Below, piece after piece: positions 9,084 to 18,829 of a DNA stretch of 64,000 nucleotides (its first letter is position 1; each line of letters opens with the position of its first letter). Position numbers and translations under genes: made by a program. The notes beneath the pieces are model-generated. The model had not been told where the DNA came from and ran no database searches. It was given only the letters and a program-made list of their open reading frames with translations. This DNA comes from Nitrospirota bacterium (lineage in GTDB: Bacteria; Nitrospirota; UBA9217): positions 1,792,001-1,856,000 of the forward strand of contig CAWCKW010000012.1 in assembly GCA_963796285.1 (NCBI GenBank), written 5' to 3'.

Positions 9084-10271
9084 ATGAATAAAACGATAGC
9101 AACAATCATTGCCCTCCTCTCCCTTTTCGCCTGCGCCAGGCCGCCGGTGACGGTGACGAGACCGGAAGATTCTTTGACGCATCTCTCGTCATGGAAGTCG
9201 ATCACGCCCCGTGACGACAGGGATTTCAAAGATTTCGCCGCTGCGGCGCGCCAGAGCCTGGAGTATTACAAGAAGCTTCCGCAGGACACCATGTTCGTTC
9301 TGGGGCCTGACAAAGTAAGCGCCCTCGATATGGCCGTAACACTCCAGAACTTTATCCTGATCGTCGAGAACAATTCGCTCACCTATGATCAGAAGGTGGA
9401 GCGCATCAAAAACGATTTCATGCTGTACCGTTCCGTCGGGTCAGATGGAAACGGCAAGGTGCTCTTTACCGGCTACTATGAGCCACTGTTGTCTTGCCGC
9501 ATAACGGGTGATGAGACCTTCCGTTTTCCGTTGTACCGAAGGCCCGATGATATCATCGAGGTCGATCTGACGCTGTTTGGGAATGGATTCCCCAGGAGCA
9601 AGCTCTTCGGCAGGCTTGCCAACAAAAAGGTCATCCCCTATTACTCCCGCGAAGAGATCGACCAGAAGAAGGCGCTCGCGGGCAAAGACCTTGAGATCCT
9701 GTGGTGCTCCGACATCGTTGACATCCATTTTCTTCAGGTGCAGGGCTCGGGCAGGGTTGACCTGGGAGACGGGAACATCCTGAGCGTGTTGTACGACGGT
9801 GCAAACGGCTGGCCGTACAAGGGCATCGGCAGATATTTGATCGATACCGGGGCCATGACCAAAGAGAACATGTCCATGCAGGCGATACGGGAGTATCTGC
9901 GGACCCATCCTGACCAGCTCACCACGGTCCTGAACCAGAACCCCAGCTACGTCTTCTTCCGCCTCGACACGGGCCCATCGATCGGCAGCATCGGTGTGCC
10001 GCTCACGCCGGGCCGGTCCATTGCCACGGACAGCAAGTTGTTCCCCAAGGGTGCGCTGGCTTTTATTGCAGCGCAGAAGCCGGTGATCGAGAACAATGTG
10101 ATCAAGGAATGGGTGCCCTTCACCCGGTTCGTGCTGAACCAGGACACGGGCGGAGCGATCAAGGGGGCGGGAAGGGCGGATGTGTTCTTCGGTTACGGCG
10201 CCGAAGCGGAGCTCACCGCGGGGTATCTGCAGCATGAGGGGGAGTTGTATTTTCTGATGAGGAAAAAATAA
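9084..10271 (+). CDS. mltA: Membrane-bound lytic murein transglycosylase A (lipoprotein)
   Basis: LFAC lipobox, FTGYYEP, FLQVQGSG, NPSYVFF and QDTGGAIKG motifs. Confidence 0.93.
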   Translation: MNKTIATIIALLSLFACARPPVTVTRPEDSLTHLSSWKSITPRDDRDFKDFAAAARQSLEYYKKLPQDTMFVLGPDKVSALDMAVTLQNFILIVENNSLTYDQKVERIKNDFMLYRSVGSDGNGKVLFTGYYEPLLSCRITGDETFRFPLYRRPDDIIEVDLTLFGNGFPRSKLFGRLANKKVIPYYSREEIDQKKALAGKDLEILWCSDIVDIHFLQVQGSGRVDLGDGNILSVLYDGANGWPYKGIGRYLIDTGAMTKENMSMQAIREYLRTHPDQLTTVLNQNPSYVFFRLDTGPSIGSIGVPLTPGRSIATDSKLFPKGALAFIAAQKPVIENNVIKEWVPFTRFVLNQDTGGAIKGAGRADVFFGYGAEAELTAGYLQHEGELYFLMRKK

Positions 10272-10329
10272 TCCATTTATCATAGAAACGGCATTTGCCA
10301 AGAGAAGGTTCGCATTAGTGACTAAGGAA

Positions 10330-10553
10330 TCAAATTCTACTTCAAAACGGCAAGAATATTTCTCGCAATGGCCAAGAAGAGGGCCACACTGAGGCGCAAA
10401 GCTCGCAAAGAAAGGCTAAACTATTTGTTTTTTTTAAAACAAGGCTTAAAGATTTTCTTGGCGTCCTTTGTTTATGGCCGCAGAGCTGGGGCTACGTCTT
10501 TGCGCGAGACGCTTTTCGGTTTTGACCTTCCGGTTCCGTCTTTTCGGGTTAGG
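10330..10553. repeat. Palindromic intergenic repeat, family R1, with two small inserts
   Basis: Aligns with 32978-33337. Extra 23 nt at 10369-10391 and 24 nt at 10471-10494. Confidence 0.8.
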
Positions 10554-10574
10554 TTTATCAGAAAGGAGATCCAT

Positions 10575-11183
10575 ATGAAAGAGTTTATCATCTCGATGAT
10601 GGGACTGTCGGTGGCGCTCATTGCCGCCACCACGGTCACGGCCGCAACGAATCTTGAGAAAGCGACGTTTGCCGGCGGCTGCTTCTGGTGTATGGAACAC
10701 CCGTTCGACGAGATTCCCGGCGTTGTATCGGTCACCTCCGGCTATACCGGCGGACAGAAAAAAAATCCCACCTACGAAGAGGTTTCCGCAGGAGGAACCG
10801 GGCACGCCGAGTCGGTCCAAATAGTTTATGACCCGGCAAAGGTGACGTATGAGAAGCTCCTGAACGTATTCTGGCATAACATCGACCCGACCGTCCAGGA
10901 CAGGCAGTTTTGTGATGGAGGGCATCAGTATCGCAGCGCCATCTTTTATCATAACGAGGAACAGCACCGGCTGGCGCTTCAATCCAAGGCCATGTTGGAA
11001 AAGAACAAGCCCTTCAAAGAAGCGGTCGTGACCGAGATCGTGCAGGCCACCGAATTCTACCCGGCCGAGGATTATCACCAGCACTATTACAAGAAGAACC
11101 CGATCCGTTACAAATTCTACCGGACCACCTGCGGTCGTGACAAGCGGCTCAAGGAACTGTGGGGCAGTGAGGCGGGGCACTGA
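10575..11183 (+). CDS. msrA: Peptide methionine sulfoxide reductase A with signal peptide
   Basis: AAGGAG RBS then MKEFIISMM. FAGGCFWC, GHAESVQ and AEDYHQHYY motifs. The track's longer N-terminus is translated repeat DNA. Confidence 0.95.
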   Translation: MKEFIISMMGLSVALIAATTVTAATNLEKATFAGGCFWCMEHPFDEIPGVVSVTSGYTGGQKKNPTYEEVSAGGTGHAESVQIVYDPAKVTYEKLLNVFWHNIDPTVQDRQFCDGGHQYRSAIFYHNEEQHRLALQSKAMLEKNKPFKEAVVTEIVQATEFYPAEDYHQHYYKKNPIRYKFYRTTCGRDKRLKELWGSEAGH

Positions 11184-11303
11184 TAAGGTTGGAGGAGCTG
11201 AAAGTCGCTCTCCGGAGAAGCCTTGAGATAGGCGTTTTTATAACAGTCTCCTTACATGAATTTGAACCCAGGCAACGCTTGCGATTTTATGCTGCCCGCC
11301 CGG

Positions 11304-13607
11304 CTATGTGCTATCCAGTGATATCGAGGGGGGGCGTAAATAATATTCCGTGCGAGGTCTCAGATCCAGGTTGATTGGCGCAGCCCCCATTTTTTTCGCG
11401 ATAAAATCCTGGTCGCCAAGATATTTGGTCACTCTCCAAATGCCGTCTTGAGTGCCTTTGGGAAAGGCATTTAGCAGCTCATGATACCTTTGGTCAACAT
11501 GATCAAAGGTTCCCCGGGAAGCCAGGAAGAATGAGTCATATCCGCGTACATAGGGAAAAACCTGGCCTAATGTCTTGCCTATAATTCCTTTCTTGGCCCC
11601 GAGCATAAAAATACCATCGGGACTGAGGCGCTTATTGACCAAGGCAAAAAATTCGCGTGATTGGACGTTATTGCTATAAGCGGTCGTGCTGCGTATGGGA
11701 TCTGCCAGGACAAGGTCATAAACATCTTTAGTCGTGTTTAGATAGCGCCTGCCGTCGTCTATGACCACCTTGATCCTGCTGTCGGCGAGCATCTTCTGGT
11801 AAAGAGGGATCTTCTTCAAATTCGATATGGATGTCGGACACAGCTCAACAATCGTGATACTTTTAACTGTGTCCATTTTTTGGACGACCTCCAAGGTCGA
11901 GCCTGCCCCAAAACCGATGATCAGGATATGGTCCGTCTTGCGCGCGTATTTCAGGGCCTCAAGTGATTCAGCATAAAAAATTTCTCCCGGGCGGAATCCA
12001 TGCCCCTGCCCGTTGATGAAGTTGCGAACGAACTCGCCCTTTTTGTAGGCGACAACAACGCTATCCACCCCCTCGCTGAAATAAGTTTCCGAATCGCCAA
12101 AAGGATCGGAATGCATGAGTCTATAAAGCTGACCGTTTTTAGGAAACAGCAGAAAGCCGGCAATAATCACGGCCATTACCAAAACAAGCGTTCTGGGGAA
12201 TGGACGGTCGGCCAATTCATCTATGAAAAGAACATACATCAAGCCGACAGATACAAACAGGTATATGGTCAATTCCGTTCCCAGGAGCGGCAGCAAGACA
12301 AATCCTGTAACAATTCCCCCAAAAAGATTTCCTAATGTATTAAAAAAATAGACCATGCCGACCGTGCGGCCTTCCTTTCGAGGATCCGCTATTGCCAAGG
12401 ATGAAATGAGCGGCAGGCTTGCCCCCATGACCAGGGTTGGGATAAAGACAAAGACCATGGGCCAAAAAAAGACGTCGAGCGCCAGATAAATGCTCTGGAA
12501 CAGCTCCTGCATTGTGGCGCTTGAATGACCAAGCGCCAAAGGATGCACATCACTGCCAAACGAAAGCCGGGTCAAGGCGCCGAGGGGAGAATATTTTGTG
12601 AGGGTGAAATAGCCCAGGATTATGACGCTCACGCTGATGCTCAGGAGAACCTGGAGAACAAAATAAAGACTTCGATGGCTTGTCTTACGACTGCGACCCA
12701 GGTATTTCTGAATACAGAAACTCCCGATGGCGAGCCCCAACAGGTAAACCGACAATATGCTCGAAAACGCGTAAGGCGAATCCTTGACCAGAATGCCGAT
12801 GACCCTAAACCAAACGATTTCATAACCGATCGCTAAAAATCCGGCGATGCATACCAGAAGGTAGGCGATCTTTCCCAGAGAAATATCACCGGGATGACTT
12901 CCCACGGTTGTGTCTATTGTTCGCGCAGGCGGATTCCGGATAGTCCTGGTCCCCAATATCATAAACGCGAGGACTATATTAATGGCGGCGGCCGCGTAAA
13001 TCCCCACGTCCAGACCGAAAAAGGTTATCAAGATATAACTGGCGAATAAAGCCCCTGCAGCCGCCCCAAGCGTATTGATGAAATACAGGAAGCCGATGGA
13101 ATGAAGAAAGTTCCCCGCATATTGATTAAATATTTTCATGAGCACAGGCAGCGTCATGCCCATCAAGGTCGTCGGGATGGATAAAAACAGAAAGATATAA
13201 AAAAAAGAAAGGACGTAGTTACTCCCTGCCGTATATCGGCCCAAGAAATCAATGATGGGCAAGCTTGCCAATCCGAAACAACCCACCGACAGTTCAATGG
13301 CAAAATATAAGATGGTTCTATTAGCTACCCGCTCAACCAGAATACCGCCCAGCAGGTAGCCGACGCCTAAGCCCAACATAAAAACGCTTACGATGATCGT
13401 GGTAGAGATTGGGCCTACTCCGTAATAAAGTGTCAGCAATCGCTGCCAGGCCACTTGATAGATAAGGCTGGCGAAGCCGGAGAAGAAGAATACAAAAGAT
13501 AGGATAGGCGCAAGACGCGTATGTATGAGACCGTTTCTTTTATACAGATTATATTGCATAACGTTCCAGCAAAAGTGCATGGCTTCAAGGCTCTCGCGTG
13601 AAGACAT
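11304..13607 (-). CDS. Fused membrane domain / spermidine synthase-like SAM-binding protein
   Basis: FFSGFASLIYQVAWQR and YFINTLGAAAG repeats, IIGFGAG and DDGRRYL motifs. More AT-rich than neighbours; start uncertain. Confidence 0.85.
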   Translation of the reverse strand: MSSRESLEAMHFCWNVMQYNLYKRNGLIHTRLAPILSFVFFFSGFASLIYQVAWQRLLTLYYGVGPISTTIIVSVFMLGLGVGYLLGGILVERVANRTILYFAIELSVGCFGLASLPIIDFLGRYTAGSNYVLSFFYIFLFLSIPTTLMGMTLPVLMKIFNQYAGNFLHSIGFLYFINTLGAAAGALFASYILITFFGLDVGIYAAAAINIVLAFMILGTRTIRNPPARTIDTTVGSHPGDISLGKIAYLLVCIAGFLAIGYEIVWFRVIGILVKDSPYAFSSILSVYLLGLAIGSFCIQKYLGRSRKTSHRSLYFVLQVLLSISVSVIILGYFTLTKYSPLGALTRLSFGSDVHPLALGHSSATMQELFQSIYLALDVFFWPMVFVFIPTLVMGASLPLISSLAIADPRKEGRTVGMVYFFNTLGNLFGGIVTGFVLLPLLGTELTIYLFVSVGLMYVLFIDELADRPFPRTLVLVMAVIIAGFLLFPKNGQLYRLMHSDPFGDSETYFSEGVDSVVVAYKKGEFVRNFINGQGHGFRPGEIFYAESLEALKYARKTDHILIIGFGAGSTLEVVQKMDTVKSITIVELCPTSISNLKKIPLYQKMLADSRIKVVIDDGRRYLNTTKDVYDLVLADPIRSTTAYSNNVQSREFFALVNKRLSPDGIFMLGAKKGIIGKTLGQVFPYVRGYDSFFLASRGTFDHVDQRYHELLNAFPKGTQDGIWRVTKYLGDQDFIAKKMGAAPINLDLRPRTEYYLRPPSISLDST

Positions 13608-13905
13608 TTCGCATCTATATGCTTTTCCAGCGCTGTTCCTTTAATTTTCCCTTATCGGATGAACCACAATCTTACGTCCGCGTTCCATCTACCTTTTGCA
13701 ATCCTCGCTGACTCGATCATATCCTTTTCTGGGTATCCGATCCGTACAGTCACAATATCGTTGTCGCCATATTTTCGTGCCCGCGGGCGCAATGCTGTCC
13801 TCTCAACAATGAATTCGATGGTCTATAATCTCGTACGGCTCACCTTATCATACCGATAGCGCACACAGAATAGTGATTCGCCATGTTTCTCGAGTAGTTT
13901 TTTCT
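13605..13905 (-). pseudogene. Decayed conserved hypothetical gene (CVRYRYD motif)
   Basis: KKLLEKHGESLFCVRYRYDKVSRTRL*TIEFIVER...VRIGYPEK...KGRWNADVRLWFIR*GKIKG. Two in-frame stops, no start codon. Confidence 0.6.
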
Positions 13906-13909
13906 TTCC

Positions 13910-16233
13910 CTACCCTTCCAGGATCCTCCGATACAGATTTTTCGTCTGCTCATCCGGTTCGAGATCAATATCCCTGCACAAGGCGCGTTCACACCGTTCA
14001 TAGGTCCGTACCGCCTCCCTGCGCCGGTCGTCAGATTGGTACCGCATCATGAGCCAGCAGCAGGCCTTCTCGTTGCAGGGGTCCGCGATGAACATTTTCT
14101 CGTAGAACCGGAGCGCCCGGTCCCGGTCACCCGAAGACTCGGCGATGCCGGCCGCGTCCTCGAGCGCCCGCAGATAACGGATGCGCAAGTGATCCCGCAT
14201 TGGTGCGGCCCAGTCGCTGTAAATATCTTCAGGCAAAAAATCTCCCGCATAAAGGTCGAACGCCTTCTCATATTCTCCTACGATGTTTTCAGGTTTTCCG
14301 CTTGACTTCATGCGGTCCGTTGTGTCGAGATGGGAAAGCACCTGTCCGACATCGGTCCAGACGAGGTCCCTGTTCAGCATGATGAATCCGTCTTTGTGAA
14401 GAATGCATGAATCGATTATGCCCGGAACGTTCTCCGGCTCCAGCACCTTCCGTACGCGGTGGAACATGCTGTTGAATGTCTGATGGAGCGTGTCAGGGTC
14501 CTTGTCCGGCCATAGTAACTCCATGGCCCTATCGCGGGATACGGTATGTCCGTCCTGGGCAACGAGCAGTTTGACAAATGTCTTTGCCCGCTTGCTTTTC
14601 CACTCGGAGTCCCGTATCGGGACCATTTCCCGAATTGCCCTGAACCCCCCAAGACACTTGATCATAAGAAAAGGCTTTTTGTTCGAACGGGCCTGGTTAT
14701 CGATCAGCGTGGAGCAATAGTCACTGCAGATGCCGTGGGCGAGCGCCGCATTCGCCAGCTCGGCCAGTTCCGCGGCATTGAACAGGGCATAGTAGGTGAA
14801 CCCCCGCTCCCGGCCGATGGAAAAACCTTCCCGCAGGTGTTTGCGGACCCTGTCCGTTTTTTTCATCTTCCCGTAGAGCCGTGCCAGCACGAGGTGGGCG
14901 TTCGCCTCCTGCTGAGCGGCCTTGATCTGCTGAAGCATCTTAAGGGCCGTGAGCAGCTCTGTTTCCGCCTGACAATGCTTTGCGAGCTTCAGGTGGATCG
15001 CGCCGCTCGCGATAAGGTAGATCGCATGGAACAGCTTGCTTCCTGACTGCGTCCGGATCGCCAGGGCATAGTCCGACTCTTTCTTTGCCTGCACCAGCTT
15101 GCCCTGGAACAAACAGGCGATCGCGAGAAGATGGGCGGCGGAGGCGCTGAAAAATTTCCTGTTTCTTCTCCTTTTTTTCCTCTGCGCCGGCATTCCTCCT
15201 CTTCCCCCGCCTTCACAGAACACCTCTCCTCCCCCCCCCCCCCCCACCCCCCCCACTCCCCCCCCCGCGCGGTCACGAAGAGGTTCCTGTCCCGGAGTTC
15301 CTTCACCATTGAGGAAATGGACGCTTTGCCTGATGGCGCGGTGCCCGGCAGGCCGGTCAGCAGTTCGATGAGCGGAACGGGAATGAAGTCCACGATCGCG
15401 GTCTGAAGCAGGAAGCGCTGCATTGCCTGCGGAAGGTGCGCGAAAACCTCCTGCGCAAGATAATCAAAGACGTTGGTCCGGAACCCGGCAGCGCGTTTGT
15501 CGATAAGCGCCAGCGCCCGCGCGCCCGGCGCAAGGGTGGAAAGATATTCGTGCATCAGCACAAGACCGGCCGGCCAGCCTTCCGCCGTGCTGTTGATAAG
15601 CACCGCTTCGTTCACGGAGATGTGCATGCTGAAGACGATGCTGAACAGGTCCTGGACCTCGCCATCGGTGAACCTGAGGTCTTCGCCGGTGAGTTCTCCC
15701 ACGGACTGTGTTGCGCGAAGTTTCGCGATGTCCAGTTCAGGCCGCAACCGTGAAATGATCATGAACCGGACATGGGGCGGGGTGTTGTCGATCAACTGTT
15801 TCATGAGGTGCTGCAGGTCAGGCGAGGTCGATGTTCCGATATAATCGTCGAACACGAGCAAACAAGGCTTCGGGATGTTCCTGAACACCTGCTCGATCCA
15901 GGTGCCGATGTCCTGTCGGACACCGTTGATGCCATAGCGGTTCAGCGGAATGGAGGGAACCGTGGGAACACTCTCAGGCCAGACGCGCCGGATCGCCGTG
16001 CCCAGCGCTGACAGGAAAACCGCGAGGTCCATGTCCTCCTGGTCCATGGTGTACCACACCGAGGGGGCGGCGAGCGACTGGACATGTCCAGCCGCCAGCG
16101 TGCTCTTCCCCTGGCCTGCCTGCGCATGGATGATCACCAGTTTTTTGTCCTCCCACGCCAGGAGTTTGCTCGTGAGCCGTTCACGATCAAGGACGTGAGC
16201 GGGCTTGGGTGGAAGGAACTTGGTAAGGTTCAT
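13910..16233 (-). CDS. MalT-like NTPase / TPR / BTAD transcriptional regulator (disrupted at 15130-15270)
   Basis: N-part HAQAGQGKST, AEGWPAGL, VFDYLAQEVF. C-part KCLGGF...WKSKRAK...LWPD...LYAGDFLPED (wHTH + BTAD). The junction is low-complexity poly-C. Confidence 0.8.
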
Positions 16234-16342
16234 GCGCGTACACCCCCGTCAGGGTCATTGTGAACAGCGTCATGGGAGAAAAAACAGCAAAAGTATAGAG
16301 GCCTTTCTTTGAAAAATCAACAAATTTTTTTGGTCCGGGGGA

Positions 16343-17161
16343 TCAGCGCTGTCGGGACGTGAGGATGTTCAGCGCCAGCACGTGGGTCGCGTCGTTCTTG
16401 CTCGCGAGCAGCGGAACGGTCCTGCCGAGTCCCACGACAAGGTGGTCGAGCGATGTTCCCTCGAGATCGGTGATCACGCCGTCCGCTTCTTCAAGGATCA
16501 GCATTCCGGCCGCGTAATCAAAGGCGCGCGAGGCAGTGGCCGTGGCGAACACGCTGATGGCGCCCGACGCGAGGTACGAGAGGTCAAGGGCCGTGGATCC
16601 GAAGCACCTCGTACGCCTCGCCTCCCCGAGGAGCGGCATGATGCGCGGCAGATCGGTCTTGGGTGACGATGCCTCGTAGGCCACGATCGTGATGCCCTGC
16701 GTGGCCGCGGTCCTGATCCGCTTGCCGTTCTTGTACGCGCCCTGGGCGCGCACGGCCCAGAACTCGTCGCCCACGGCGAGGTTGATGATGTAGCCCACGG
16801 CGAGGGTGGAGAGCGTTTCGTCGTTCAAGAGCGCCAGCGACGTGGAAAAGAACGGGATCCCGCTCTTGGCATTGTTGCTCCCGTCGATGGGATCGACCAA
16901 CACGATCTTCTTCCCCTCGCCGAACTTCCTGATGCCGAGTTCCTCGGAGATGAGCGTAAAGGACTCGCCCTGCTTGTGCGCCTTTTCGAGTGCGGCAAGA
17001 ATGATGTCCTCGGCCCACTTGTCCACCGGAAAGGTCTTGTCTCCTGCGGCGCCCTTGCCGAGCGGGATCGTGCCGCCCTCCTTGGCGAGGATGACGGACA
17101 GTCCGTCGCGCATTTTCTTGCCGATGCCTTTGAAGAGTTCCAACCATTGATCGTTTGTCAT
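16343..17161 (-). CDS. Inositol monophosphatase / FBPase family protein
   Basis: ISEELG, VDPIDGSNN, GSTALDL and DYAAGMLILEEA motifs. Confidence 0.9.
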   Translation of the reverse strand: MTNDQWLELFKGIGKKMRDGLSVILAKEGGTIPLGKGAAGDKTFPVDKWAEDIILAALEKAHKQGESFTLISEELGIRKFGEGKKIVLVDPIDGSNNAKSGIPFFSTSLALLNDETLSTLAVGYIINLAVGDEFWAVRAQGAYKNGKRIRTAATQGITIVAYEASSPKTDLPRIMPLLGEARRTRCFGSTALDLSYLASGAISVFATATASRAFDYAAGMLILEEADGVITDLEGTSLDHLVVGLGRTVPLLASKNDATHVLALNILTSRQR

Positions 17162-17708
17162 GAATGCTCCTTAAAAGATGAAGGGTTAAGTAGGCAAGGG
17201 ACAAGGAATGCAAAACCTGCTACTTGCCCCTTATTTCTCCGCCATGATAAAACCTTGTGATTTGATGGGCATGGAGGCTTGTGGATATGAAAATAGACTT
17301 GACTAGAGACTGCTATTTCTGAGCAGTAGAACTGATTGGCAGATGGCGAGAAGGACAGGCTCTGCAAACATCTCGCTTTGACGACAACGGAGGTAGTTTC
17401 AAGATTTGATAAAGACTAGGCATCGACGTCGAGGCTTAAGAGAAGGGCCATGCACATATGCTTGTGTTTGCGGACACAGAGAGAGGCGGGATAGTGAAAA
17501 GGTTCACAAAGAAGTTTATGCATTAGGTGGAGGAACTCTGCACAGGGCGCATTTAAAGAAAAGCTTCATACTTTTGCAGGAGCATGTGGACACAGGCAAT
17601 AGGTGGTAAAATAAAACAAGAGAGGCAATTTCGAGCTTTTGTTGGCACACAGCGGTAGCAGGACATAGGTTGTACTTTGTATAAGATAATGAAAGGAACG
17701 GGAGAATA

Positions 17709-18535
17709 ATGAAAAGAATAAAAAATCATCTGAAACGATTCTTCACGACAAGACGAAGACTGCCGGACACGCTCGGACTATTGGTTCTCATCACCGTACT
17801 GCTGTCGCCAGGCCCTCTCTTAGCGGCTCCGATCCCGGTACGCTTCGTCGAGGGCGCTGTGCATGGTTTTCTTGTTCTGCGCACAGTCGACGACGTCCTC
17901 ATTGCATCGGGCGATCTTCTCCAGGTCAGCCGGGGCGGACAGGTCGAAAGCCGCATGGTTTTTCGATTTAAGGACGGGTCGGTGTTCGACGAGTCGGTGG
18001 TATTTTCACAGGATCAGGTCTTCACAATGCAGAGCTACCATTTAGTGCAGCGCGGGCCTGTATTCAGCGAGGATACAGAGATCCGGCTGGAACGGGCTAC
18101 GGGGAAATACAGCGTAAAGACCAAAGCACACAAAGACGGACGGGAGAAGACGCTCGACGGCACGCTCAAGCTGCCTTCCGATGTATACAACGGAATGGTG
18201 CTCACCGTCGCGAAGAGCCTCCAAAGGACACGAGAGAGACCGTACACATCGTGGCTTTCACGCCTAAGCCCATGATCATCGAGTTGAGACTGGCAGCAGT
18301 GGGCGAGCAGCAGGTTCTGATCGGCGAACTTCCAAAGACCGCGATCCATTACGTGTTCAAGCCCCAGCTCGGGAGCTGGCTCAAGTTTTTCGCCAAGCTG
18401 ACCGGACGCACGCCGCCGGACAACCACGCCTGGATTGTCACTGAAAAGGTGCCGGCGTTCGTGAAGTTCGAGGGGCCGCTCTACATGACAGGACCGATCT
18501 GGCGGATCGAGTTGACGATCCCCCGTTGGCATTAG
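17709..18535 (+). CDS. Secreted hypothetical protein (frameshifted near 18225-18250)
   Basis: Two consecutive ORFs (17709..18275 and 18251..18535), GGGAG RBS, hydrophobic leader. Confidence 0.65.
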
Positions 18536-18672
18536 CCGGACAAGCTCTCCGTGCCCTGCCCGCGACCTCCATGTGTCAGGTGTACCTATTGATCTGCATC
18601 CTTCATGCCTGAAGGACAGTTTTCTGCTTCAACGGATGAGTCATTTCCTCATCAGTACATTTCCATAATGCT

Positions 18673-18734
18673 ACCTAATCAAGCGTTTGCAGCCGACCCA
18701 AAAAAGAGCGTGGCCGGATGAAACGAGGTATCAG
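18673..18734 (+). other. Degenerate attC-like site
   Basis: CCTAATC-AAGCGTTTGCAGCCGAC...GGATGAAACG. L-box-like pairing with an extrahelical G; R boxes decayed. Confidence 0.35.
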
Positions 18735-18829
18735 ATATTATCAGATTTTTATCCTGTAATCCTGTCAAAAAGGTTTTGACTCCTGTTTGTCCATTTTAGG
18801 CAACGTTTTTTATAGAGTCATCTTAATTG

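Noticed and set aside
10368-10574. 69-aa N-terminal extension of MsrA in the ORF track
   Set aside because: It is translated R1 repeat; the real RBS and ATG are at 10575.
17200-17700. 500-bp intergenic stretch with short ORFs
   Set aside because: No recognisable motif, RBS or RNA structure; possibly decayed DNA, but I cannot support a call.
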